From positions 6,355-70,354 of the forward strand of contig JBAZXV010000004.1 of NCBI GenBank assembly GCA_041659685.1: a DNA stretch of 64,000 nucleotides, written 5' to 3'. The notes under the pieces are model-generated. The model was not told where the DNA came from and ran no database searches. It saw nothing but the letters and a program-made list of their open reading frames with translations. The DNA comes from Parcubacteria group bacterium. Lineage in GTDB: Bacteria; Patescibacteriota; Minisyncoccia; Moranbacterales; UBA11712. Shown piece by piece: positions 20,052 to 28,321 of the stretch (positions are counted from its first letter, which is position 1; every line of letters starts with the position of its first letter). The position numbers and the translations under genes are program-made.

Positions 20052-20441
20052 ATGGAAAATAAATCCAAAATAAAATCTTTTACTGATTTAATTGTTTGGC
20101 AAGAAGGTCATAAATTAGCAATCCTGATTTATAAAGAAACAAAAAACTTTCCTAAGGAAGAAATTTATTCTTTGACAAATCAGATGAGAAGGGCCGCGAC
20201 GTCTATTACGAGTAATATTGCAGAGGGATTCGGGAGGCGTACATACAAGGAAAAAGTTCAATTTTACTATCAAGCGCAAGGATCTTTAACAGAATTAAAA
20301 AATCAAATTCTTCTAGCACACGATATTGGATATTTATCGAAGAATAGATTATTCGCTCTTGGTGAGCAAGCTAATATTGCTCACCGGCTTCTTCAGGGCT
20401 TCATAAAAAAGTCAAAAACATTCATAAATCATAAATCTTGA
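20052..20441 (+). CDS. Four helix bundle protein (23S rRNA IVS/Avd-like family)
   Basis: SFTDLIVWQ, FPKEEIYSLTNQMRRAA.SI.SNIAEGFGR, A.GSL.E. Confidence 0.92.
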   Translation: MENKSKIKSFTDLIVWQEGHKLAILIYKETKNFPKEEIYSLTNQMRRAATSITSNIAEGFGRRTYKEKVQFYYQAQGSLTELKNQILLAHDIGYLSKNRLFALGEQANIAHRLLQGFIKKSKTFINHKS

Positions 20442-20455
20442 ATCATAAATCACAA

Positions 20456-20956
20456 ATGAAGATTATCCTTATGATGGCCGTAACGGCCGACGGTAAAATT
20501 GCCAAAAACAGCGATCATTTTCCGGATTGGACATCAAGGGAAGACAAAAAAATGTTTGCTTCCGTTTCAAGAGAACATGGCGTTGTCATTATGGGCGAAA
20601 AAACATTTAAGACTTTTCCGAAGCCGCTTCCGGAGCGGCTCAATGTTGTTTTTACGCTCGAAAAAGATCTTCCGGAAATGGAAAACGTGAAATGGGTGAC
20701 GGGAGAACCGGAAAAAGTGCTTGAACAGCTTGAAAAAGAAGGCCATAAATCCGCGATACTCGGCGGAGGAGCTTATCTTAACACCCAATTTCTCAAGAAT
20801 AAGCTCATTGACGAAATATGGCTTACGGTCGAGCCGAAAATATTCGGCGACGGCCTTGGCGTTTTTGGCGGAGATTTCGACATAGATTTGAAATTATTAA
20901 ACGTTGAAAAAATAAACGAGGACTCGGTTGTCTTGAAATATCAGGTTTTGAAATAG
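20456..20956 (+). CDS. folA: Dihydrofolate reductase family protein
   Basis: MAVTADGKI, W...D...F, IMGEKTF..F.KPLPERLNVV, GGG, IDEIWLT; next to thyA. Confidence 0.8.
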   Translation: MKIILMMAVTADGKIAKNSDHFPDWTSREDKKMFASVSREHGVVIMGEKTFKTFPKPLPERLNVVFTLEKDLPEMENVKWVTGEPEKVLEQLEKEGHKSAILGGGAYLNTQFLKNKLIDEIWLTVEPKIFGDGLGVFGGDFDIDLKLLNVEKINEDSVVLKYQVLK

Positions 20957-20960
20957 AATA

Positions 20961-21533
20961 ATGAAGCTTCAAAAAAGACTTGAAGAAAAACTCAAAAAGG
21001 AGGTTTTGGCTATTCTTGAAAATGGCAAGGAAAACTGGGATATTCCTCACACTCTGGATTCGGTGAAGTGGATGCGAAAACTGATTCTCGGCGAAGGAGG
21101 AAACGAAAAAATCCTTGTCCCTGCCATGTATTTCCATGACATTGGCTATCCCCACGCTTCTGACGGGTACGGTTTTCGAAAAGCGATGGCTATGAAAAAA
21201 AAACATGCCGAAAGGGGGGCGAAAATCGCAAAAAAAGTGCTTGAAAGGATCGGCGGTTTTTCCAAGGAAGAAATTGAAAAGATCGCTTATCTTGTCAGAA
21301 TGCATGACAAGCACGAAAATATTGAAAGCCACGAGCGCCAGTTGGTGTTTGAAGCTGACGGTTTGGCTCAAATTAACTGGCACGAAAGTCCGCCGAATTT
21401 TGGAAAAGAAGACTGTCTTAAATTTTTGGATAAATATTTCCGCAAAGAAAGACCGCCGGAGAGATGGCGGACAAAAACCGGGAAAAGACATGTGCGGGGG
21501 CTCATGAAAAAATCCCTAAAATATTGGGAGTGA
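20961..21533 (+). CDS. HD-domain phosphohydrolase
   Basis: H..., FHDIG, HA..G, H, EAD motifs. Confidence 0.85.
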   Translation: MKLQKRLEEKLKKEVLAILENGKENWDIPHTLDSVKWMRKLILGEGGNEKILVPAMYFHDIGYPHASDGYGFRKAMAMKKKHAERGAKIAKKVLERIGGFSKEEIEKIAYLVRMHDKHENIESHERQLVFEADGLAQINWHESPPNFGKEDCLKFLDKYFRKERPPERWRTKTGKRHVRGLMKKSLKYWE

Positions 21534-21654
21534 AATGCCGATCCTTTAAGCGCATTAAATATGGTTGAATATCGAATGTCCCGAGAGACATTTTTGTTTT
21601 TTTCTGAATTATTGTAAGATTATTGAAATAATTTTAGAAGAGGGAGGAGGTTCT

Positions 21655-21942
21655 TTGGCGGGAAAAATTGCTGAAGAAAAAAGCCGCCATTCGGGAGAGC
21701 CGCGGCCGCTAATCTCAGGAAAATGCGCCTGTTGCGGCGAGGCCTATGCCGGTTCTGACACTCTCAAGGGATACGGGACCAATGAGTCATTGTCGCTTCC
21801 CGTTTGCAGTCCATGCTTTTATGGCGCTCCTACTTCCACATTGCTGTATATTGCCTACGATTGTAATCCGGATGCCGACAAGAGAATTATCTGGGTAGCC
21901 ATCGGGCATATAAGAAAGTGGGCAGGCTATTGCGCATCCTGA
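21655..21942 (+). CDS. Small orphan Cys-rich (CxCC/CxxC) protein
   Basis: Strong RBS GGAGGAGG before TTG; CACC and CSPC. Confidence 0.45.
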   Translation: MAGKIAEEKSRHSGEPRPLISGKCACCGEAYAGSDTLKGYGTNESLSLPVCSPCFYGAPTSTLLYIAYDCNPDADKRIIWVAIGHIRKWAGYCAS

Positions 21943-22033
21943 GCCGGAATTGGAGGATCCGGCTTTTACTTTGGGCGTTTTTTATTCCCTTCCGCAGAAA
22001 ACTACGGTCATAAGATTGGGAAGCTTCATCTCA

Positions 22034-22750
22034 TCAAGAAGCAATTTGATTTCTCAAGCTTTCTTTGGGAAGGCTGAATTCATCCGTCAGTTTCAAAAAC
22101 TCCTCAAAATTTGCAACAGCGTGATCCGCTTTTCGAGCGACGCTTTCGCGGCAAACATTTTCGGTAAAAGCGAAAAATTTGCTCGCGAGTCCTGCCTCTC
22201 TGATTTGATAATCAGTGTGTCCGTCGCCAAGGACGAAAATATTTCCCTTTAACTTCAGCGAACGGATAATCTCCATTTTTCCTCCTTCTTTCGCAAGCTT
22301 GTTCCCTGTGTCGAAACCGGTGACATTTCCTTTTTCGTCGTAAATAAAATCGTTTGCGAAGATATTTTTTTCCGGAATACCGAAGGGTTTCACGATCGGA
22401 GCCGCGATTTCCCGAAAACCGCCCGTCAGAATGAATATCCGGCTGCCATGTTTTTCAAAGAAAAGCTTATTGCGCTTTATGGAAGGGGAGATTTTTTCCG
22501 TAAGTTGCTTGACGAGCTTCCTGATGTGATTTTTATGGGCGGTTAGAAGAGCAATCCTGCGCCGGAGAGATTCGTCGAAAGTAATTATTCCTTCCATTCC
22601 GAGCCTGGTTATGCCGGAAATATCTTCCACGATTTTTTTCCGGTTCGGGTTTCCCGACAGCGCAACGGAAGCAAGCTCATCCAGCGTTTCCACCCGGACG
22701 AAAGTGCTGTCAAAGTCGATGACGAAAGTAATATGGTCTTGGTTTTTCAT
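22034..22750 (-). CDS. HAD-IB phosphatase (phosphoserine phosphatase-like)
   Basis: IDFDSTF, IT..GMEG...F.ESL..R, TGGF, GDGHTD. Confidence 0.85.
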   Translation of the reverse strand: MKNQDHITFVIDFDSTFVRVETLDELASVALSGNPNRKKIVEDISGITRLGMEGIITFDESLRRRIALLTAHKNHIRKLVKQLTEKISPSIKRNKLFFEKHGSRIFILTGGFREIAAPIVKPFGIPEKNIFANDFIYDEKGNVTGFDTGNKLAKEGGKMEIIRSLKLKGNIFVLGDGHTDYQIREAGLASKFFAFTENVCRESVARKADHAVANFEEFLKLTDEFSLPKESLRNQIAS

Positions 22751-22795
22751 AGGGTAGTGGAGCCTAAAAACCATGTTTGGATCCGGAAATTCAGG

Positions 22796-23944
22796 TCAGG
22801 AAATTACCAGATTCTTCGGGTAATTTGTCAGATTCTTGCTGCCGTTTTTGGTGACTAAAACAATATCTTCAATTCTAATTCCTCCGATCCCCGGATAATA
22901 CAAGCCGGGTTCGACGGTTATTATGTTTCCCGCCTTCAAAATGTCTTCCGAGCGGGGTTTGAGGCTGGGTTTTTCATGGATGTCGAGTCCGACTCCGTGC
23001 CCTAAGCCATGCACAAAGCCGATTTCTCCGGTATCGTACCCTTGCTCTAAAATGACATTCGCCGCAACGTCGTAAATTCCTTCCGCCCGAGATCCAGCGC
23101 GGATTTTTTCCATGGCCGCCTTTTGGGCTTTTAAAACAGCGTTATACATCTTTTGGATCTCCGGGAGCGGTTTTCCTTTGGCATAAGTTCTGGTCATGTC
23201 GGCAAAGTACCCTGATTTTCGGTGACGGGGGAAAATATCGCAAACAATCGGCTGATGCGGAAGAATCGGACCGGTTCCGCTTTCGTGAGGAATGGCGGTT
23301 TGCTTTCCGGCGGAAATGATCATTCCGAGAAGGTCGAACATTCCTTTTTCAATAAGCGCTTTCTCCGCCTCTTGTTTCAAAAATTCGCTGGTGAGTATTT
23401 TATTTTTGAAATAAATTCTCTTTTCACCAATTTTGGACTTTCGGAGGATGCTTTCGATTATTCGAAAAGCCAGTTTGGTATGTGCCAGGCTCTCCCTGAT
23501 GAATCCGATTTCTTCTTCGGTTTTTACGGCTCTTTCGGGAAAAAAGGGAAAAGTGGGAGTGAGTTTTGTCCCATTCTTCCGCAAAAAATCAGCCATATCA
23601 AGCGGAAAGTGGATAGGCACTTCAATATTTTTATTAAGTAAGCCGTATTTTTTGAGGATATAATAAGCGAGTTTATTGCGATCGGAGGTTTTTAGTCTTA
23701 ATTTTTTTGCCTGCGCGGAAAGGGGATTAAGCAGTACGGATTTTATTTTTGTTTTTTTGGGAATAGTGCCAAAATCAACCCGGTCCAGCAGGGCATATTT
23801 CCCGCCCGAGGCGGGTCCGCCTTTGGAGGATTTTCCGACCTCAATATAGAAAAAAGAGCTGGTGATGGGCGTCTTCACCGCATAATGCATATCAGAGTCT
23901 TTTGTTGAAGCGAAAATTAATCTGTTCACGGATTGTATTGACAT
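22796..23944 (-). CDS. Xaa-Pro peptidase (M24 family)
   Basis: PH, D..., ADMTRT, HGLGHGVGLDIHE, TVEPGLY, GIRIED. Confidence 0.92.
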   Translation of the reverse strand: MSIQSVNRLIFASTKDSDMHYAVKTPITSSFFYIEVGKSSKGGPASGGKYALLDRVDFGTIPKKTKIKSVLLNPLSAQAKKLRLKTSDRNKLAYYILKKYGLLNKNIEVPIHFPLDMADFLRKNGTKLTPTFPFFPERAVKTEEEIGFIRESLAHTKLAFRIIESILRKSKIGEKRIYFKNKILTSEFLKQEAEKALIEKGMFDLLGMIISAGKQTAIPHESGTGPILPHQPIVCDIFPRHRKSGYFADMTRTYAKGKPLPEIQKMYNAVLKAQKAAMEKIRAGSRAEGIYDVAANVILEQGYDTGEIGFVHGLGHGVGLDIHEKPSLKPRSEDILKAGNIITVEPGLYYPGIGGIRIEDIVLVTKNGSKNLTNYPKNLVIS

Positions 23945-24156
23945 TATAAAGGATATTGATAGAATAAATGCAAATGAACATATTTGCAATCCGTCCCACG
24001 CCGGTTCGCCGCGGGGTAAACAACCAAGGCATGAAGAAGGATACCAAGAAGACAAGCTTTTTGGTCGGTTTTGGTTTATCGAAAATTACCCCAGCATAAA
24101 AGACTTCGCATGAATTTTCTCTAAACCCGGGCCGATCAACGGACCCGGGATTTTGT
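23938..24156 (+). promoter_or_regulatory. Attenuator 1 (Lys-rich leader)
   Basis: TTGACA-N16-TAGAAT; leader ORF; 24061-24078 pairs with 24122-24139; terminator stem CCGGG-CCG/CGG-CCCGG then TTTTGTT. Confidence 0.65.
23974..24099 (+). CDS. Putative leader peptide MNIFAIRPTPVRRGVNNQGMKKDTKKTSFLVGFGLSKITPA
   Basis: AAG AAG GAT ACC AAG AAG ACA codon cluster just before the antiterminator strand. Confidence 0.55.
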   Translation: MNIFAIRPTPVRRGVNNQGMKKDTKKTSFLVGFGLSKITPA

Positions 24157-24217
24157 TCTTTAACGCTATAGTCCTTAATCTTATTAAATTACGGCTTAAG
24201 GCCGCATTTTAGGGGGT

Positions 24218-24460
24218 ATGATTATGGAAAATCAGCAAAAAGCAGTGGTGCTGGACGGAAAATATTTTCCGGAGGAAATGAGGAAAAATTGTCGGATACT
24301 TCTCAATTTTCTGGATCGCGGAGGAGCTCTGGAAAGCTTCTTAATTATGAACCTCGCGATAAATTACCCGAATCTCAGGAAATGTGCCTTTTTTTGCACT
24401 AGTCCCTGCAAACTGGGACAGGAGATGCAATGCCTCGGAAATCTTCAGGCAGAAGGGTGA
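24218..24460 (+). CDS. Orphan Cys-containing protein
   Basis: RBS GGGGG; C-terminal CAFFCTSPC...C. Confidence 0.5.
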   Translation: MIMENQQKAVVLDGKYFPEEMRKNCRILLNFLDRGGALESFLIMNLAINYPNLRKCAFFCTSPCKLGQEMQCLGNLQAEG

Positions 24461-24534
24461 CTAATGGTTAATCTGGAAAATCAAAAACCTGATTGTTTAA
24501 GTCACGAAACAAAAAATGAAGTGAGGAGGTGCTC

Positions 24535-24846
24535 ATGGTTCAAATTCATTCTTATCTAAAAAGATTCTTTTTGGGAGGGAGTGTCTTTTATCCTTATCCA
24601 GAAAAAAGGATTGATGATTGTCCCTTTGTCCTTTGTCCAGAGCCCTCGAAAGGAATGTCGGGCTCTCTCATTTCCATTGCGGGGTTCTCTCATCTTTCCT
24701 TAACACAGATTCTGGAGATAGAGGCAAATTATCTATCATCGAGCAACAATTCCCTCTTTAAATTTTGCTGGTTTAGCTGTCGGATTAAGTCATGTCTCTA
24801 TGTAGAAAGGTGGGGAAAAAAGAAAATTAAATACCCTACAGCATAA
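24535..24846 (+). CDS. Orphan Cys-containing protein
   Basis: RBS GAGGAGG; followed by terminator 24848-24879. Confidence 0.45.
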   Translation: MVQIHSYLKRFFLGGSVFYPYPEKRIDDCPFVLCPEPSKGMSGSLISIAGFSHLSLTQILEIEANYLSSSNNSLFKFCWFSCRIKSCLYVERWGKKKIKYPTA

Positions 24847-24884
24847 AGGGCTGGTCCGAATGGACTGGCCCAATTTTTTATTTG

Positions 24885-25085
24885 TTGACATAAATTTTTT
24901 AAATTGCTAGAATATTTCAGTAATGAATATTAATCAAACCAAAACATTTTTCTTTAGCTATTATTTTTTCTGGTTTACACGCCAGGTCGGTTTTGGTTTG
25001 AGTAGAATTTTAGCAAAAAGATAAATTCTCTCAGAAATTATAAGCAAACCAAAGGCCGGCCTTCCAAGGCGCGGTTTTTTTGTTC
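24885..25085 (+). promoter_or_regulatory. Attenuator 2 (Phe/Tyr/Trp leader)
   Basis: TTGACA-N17-TG-n-TAGAAT; GGTCGGTTTTGGTTTG pairs with either CAAACCAAAAC in the leader or CAAACCAAAGGCCGGCC; terminator followed by a T-tract. Confidence 0.85.
24923..25024 (+). CDS. Aromatic amino acid leader peptide MNINQTKTFFFSYYFFWFTRQVGFGLSRILAKR
   Basis: 9 of 10 consecutive codons aromatic (FFFSYYFFWF); upstream of prephenate enzymes. Confidence 0.85.
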   Translation: MNINQTKTFFFSYYFFWFTRQVGFGLSRILAKR

Positions 25086-25198
25086 TTTAAAATGCATGCC
25101 GTACGGCTATCCTAGCTCTCTTTTTGCTGATTACGAGAGTTGAGACAGCCGTATGGCTTGAGATTAATCAAAAAATATCGGAAGGGGGATAAATCACG

Positions 25199-25432
25199 AT
25201 GCTTGAGGCCATCAGGAGCGAATTGGGAGAGGCGGGATTGGCGAGACTGTCTGGATTGCAATTATTCTGGGTTGATCGCAACTGTGTATTAGGAGGCAAC
25301 ACTAATTTACGGAAGAAAGCTTCCAGTGCTCTTTGGGTGAAGCGGATGAGTGATTCCAGGATGCCCTTTGGGAAGTGCAATGGATGTTGCATTTGTTTAA
25401 ACGGGAATATAAGGTTATTAAGCAATCTATAA
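25199..25432 (+). CDS. Small orphan protein with CNGCCIC motif
   Basis: RBS GGGGG; lies between the attenuator and the BacA-like gene. Confidence 0.35.
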   Translation: MLEAIRSELGEAGLARLSGLQLFWVDRNCVLGGNTNLRKKASSALWVKRMSDSRMPFGKCNGCCICLNGNIRLLSNL

Positions 25433-25447
25433 GGAGCGCAAAGCAAG

Positions 25448-26119
25448 ATGAAAATCAAAGGTTTTCTGGAAATAGCGAACTTGCCGCCTATAGACAGAAT
25501 TGGCGAGATCTTGCAGAGTTCTGCTATCAGGAAGGTTATTCACTTCTGTCTCGGACCAGACGGGACTAACATTCATCAGGCGGCCGAGGCGTGGTCTCTA
25601 GAAAGAGGTCTTTCGGAGAAAGCAGAAATTAAATTTTGTGAAACCCCGGAAGTCTGTTTAACCGAATGCAGACAGCTTAATGGAAAAAATATTTTGGGAT
25701 TTTTCTGGACCTGTGCGGTCTACTTTAAACTCCATGAGCTTTTTTTCACAAATCGCGACTGCTTGCCTTTTTTCGTTAACTTTACAATGGCCCTCGATAC
25801 TATGCAGTTGGCTACAAGAGTTGAAAAAGTTAAAGAAATTAACGGCTGTATTCCCGTGGGCTGGAAAATTGCATCACATCCTTCGCCGGCACCGCTCCTC
25901 AACGGACATAGGCGTATTATGCTTGTTGATAGTAACAGTGCTGCCGCGAAAGCTTGTTCGGAAGGGATGGCCGATGGTTGCATCACTACCGAGTCTGCAA
26001 GATTAATCCACGGTCTCGAGAAAATAGGCGAATATGGTTCGCCGCAAATGGTATTTTTCGCCGGTATCACTGAGGCCGGCGCCAGGCTAGTGGCAAATGC
26101 CTACCAGTTACTTCAGTAA
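25448..26119 (+). CDS. Prephenate decarboxylase/dehydratase-like protein (BacA/AerD-like)
   Basis: LGPDGTN, SHPSP, VDSNSAAA..CSEG..D..ITTESAR..HGL resemble B. subtilis BacA (TLGPEGT, SHPSP, VNSTSQAA, TNELAR) from memory; no ACT domain. Confidence 0.7.
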   Translation: MKIKGFLEIANLPPIDRIGEILQSSAIRKVIHFCLGPDGTNIHQAAEAWSLERGLSEKAEIKFCETPEVCLTECRQLNGKNILGFFWTCAVYFKLHELFFTNRDCLPFFVNFTMALDTMQLATRVEKVKEINGCIPVGWKIASHPSPAPLLNGHRRIMLVDSNSAAAKACSEGMADGCITTESARLIHGLEKIGEYGSPQMVFFAGITEAGARLVANAYQLLQ

Positions 26120-26199
26120 AGCCGCGCCCGGGGCAATTCTCAAATTGCTTCGGGCGCTACCACTTTTCAAAAATCAATTCATTAACTAAATTAATATAT

Positions 26200-27714
26200 A
26201 TGATAAACGCGATAATCGGAGCCAATGGCGAGATGGGGAGATTTCTCATCAACTTTCTCAAGCCGCTGGGACCCGTGATAGAAATTGACAAACAAAGTAA
26301 AGCCAATGAATGGAAAAAAGCATGGAAAGCCGATGTAATCTGGTTTAGCGTCCCTCGGGATATCGTTGATGATATGGTGAGGGGAAAAAAATTAAGCAGT
26401 AAACAGCTCTTAGTCGACATTTGTTCCATAAAAAGAAATATTGCCGCAGTGCTGAAAAAAACCGGAGCTGCCCATCTATCATTGCATCCTTTGCATGGCC
26501 CGTATATACCAATAAGCGGTCAAAAATGGGCGCTTGTTCCAACGGATAAAAATAGTCAGAAGCATCCTATGACTTGCGACATAATCAAATATCTAGAATC
26601 AAAAGAAATAAAAATCGTGGAAGCCGAATCAGAGAATCAGCATGATTTCATGATGGCGTTAACATTGAGTGTTCCGGAGCTGCTCTCGATAATGATTGAC
26701 GAATTAGTCGAACAATACGTCAAAGATAACAAGGCAAAAAAACCATCTAAAGAAGAATTGCGCAAGTGGGCAATTCCGGCTTTTAACTCGATTCATAATA
26801 CTTACATTCATATCGTGGACAGTACATCGCCTTGGCTGCGGGCCGACTTGCTATGCAAAGCTCATGGAAATCTTCTGGAAAGCGCAAGGAAGACTTTTAA
26901 GAAACTCGGGGATGATTTGCTGGAGAAAAATATCAAAAAACATTTGAAAAAACAGCGAAAATACATTGCTGGCTTACCTCAGCGCGAAAAAGAAAATTGT
27001 CGCTCCTGGCTTGAGCGTTGGTTTGTAGAGTCGAATAAAAAAATGTTTCTTGAGGAAAAAGATTATAGTAAACCGGAGTTGAATATTCAGTGGAGTCTTT
27101 CCAGAGAAGAGATATTCAGCTTGAGGAAAAAGAGTTATACAGTGGGCATTCATGGCATTGCCGGATGTTTTACTCATGAGTCAATAATTAGATTTGCTGA
27201 GGAAAATAAGATCAATCCGGAAATATTTGATTTTAGATTCTTGATTACAGCGGAAAATGTTCTGAAAAATGTCCAGGAAAAAAAGATAGACGTGGGAGTT
27301 TTTGCAATGGCAAACTCTGGTTCGGGTGCATATGTTTCAAGCATGCACGCTATGGGAAGATATGACTTTGACGTTTTAGCGGTTTATGGCATGGAAATAG
27401 TCCAATGTTTGATGGGCGATCCCAGAACTGATTTTTCAAAAATCGAACAGGTTTTTGGGCATCCCCAAGCAGTCAGTCAATGCAAGCGTACCTTTGAAGA
27501 GAAATATCCTCAGTTTAAACTTGTATATGGCAATGACAATGATGATACGGCACTATGCGCGAGAATGGTTAAGGAAGGTAAGTTACCAAGGACAACTGCT
27601 ACACTAGCCTCTCAAGTAGCGGCAAAATTATATAAGTTAAAGATTTTTGCCTATGACATGCATCACGATCCTTATAACACTACAACTTTTTTGCTAATCA
27701 GAAAAAGAAAATGA
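26200..27714 (+). CDS. Prephenate dehydrogenase-prephenate dehydratase fusion (TyrA-PheA-like)
   Basis: N-terminal IIGANGEMG, VDICSIK, LHPLHGP, HDFMMA; C-terminal GIAGCFT, ANSGSG, HPQAVSQC, DTA, YNTTTFL. Confidence 0.82.
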   Translation: MINAIIGANGEMGRFLINFLKPLGPVIEIDKQSKANEWKKAWKADVIWFSVPRDIVDDMVRGKKLSSKQLLVDICSIKRNIAAVLKKTGAAHLSLHPLHGPYIPISGQKWALVPTDKNSQKHPMTCDIIKYLESKEIKIVEAESENQHDFMMALTLSVPELLSIMIDELVEQYVKDNKAKKPSKEELRKWAIPAFNSIHNTYIHIVDSTSPWLRADLLCKAHGNLLESARKTFKKLGDDLLEKNIKKHLKKQRKYIAGLPQREKENCRSWLERWFVESNKKMFLEEKDYSKPELNIQWSLSREEIFSLRKKSYTVGIHGIAGCFTHESIIRFAEENKINPEIFDFRFLITAENVLKNVQEKKIDVGVFAMANSGSGAYVSSMHAMGRYDFDVLAVYGMEIVQCLMGDPRTDFSKIEQVFGHPQAVSQCKRTFEEKYPQFKLVYGNDNDDTALCARMVKEGKLPRTTATLASQVAAKLYKLKIFAYDMHHDPYNTTTFLLIRKRK

Positions 27715-27880
27715 ATTTCTATGCAAAATTTGAAGCAATGACAAATATTTCCTGGTGGAATTCATCCAAGGCTGATTTTGGTTTGGCTGGATTTCCGTGA
27801 TGCTTATTTCGCAAAAAATATATCTGAACCAAAGTCGGCCTCAATGCAGGTCGATTTATTTTATCTCAAGGAGGCGGGTT

Positions 27881-28213
27881 ATGATATTTGAAAATAATCA
27901 AGACGAGAATTACAGAAAACTGATGGCGAAAATCGGTGGATATGTTGTGGCGGTTGCCGTTACATTTGGCGCGCATAAATCGCTTTTCCGGGAAAAAATC
28001 ATGGTTCAGGCCGGTGAAGCCATTTTGACGGCTTTTGCAACGAAAGTGTTGGGAAAACGCATACTCTGCCGCCAGGATTTAATTGATGCCCTTAACTCCG
28101 ACGCAGAATTTCAACAAGCCGTGTCACGGTCGGATGATTTTACTGAAATTTTCTCCAACCATCAATCCGTAAAACAGAAGGAAAAACAGACCAGTCGTCC
28201 TGCCGGCTGGTGA
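27881..28213 (+). CDS. Hypothetical protein
   Basis: RBS AAGGAGG; followed by a terminator. Confidence 0.5.
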   Translation: MIFENNQDENYRKLMAKIGGYVVAVAVTFGAHKSLFREKIMVQAGEAILTAFATKVLGKRILCRQDLIDALNSDAEFQQAVSRSDDFTEIFSNHQSVKQKEKQTSRPAGW

Positions 28214-28240
28214 AAAAGCGCCAACGCGCAAATAAATTCG

Positions 28241-28286
28241 GAAGTCCTCCCGGGGCGAAATCGTCTTGGGAGGACTTTTCTTTTTA
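28241..28286 (+). terminator. Intrinsic terminator
   Basis: AAGTCCTCCC...GGGAGGACTT then TTCTTTTT. Confidence 0.7.
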
Positions 28287-28321
28287 TGGTAGAATATCGG
28301 CAGGCAGTTAAACTTAAATAT

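Noticed and set aside
20052-20441. Diversity-generating retroelement (Avd-like gene plus variable proteins)
   Set aside because: No reverse transcriptase and no template/variable repeat pair differing only at adenines was seen in the window
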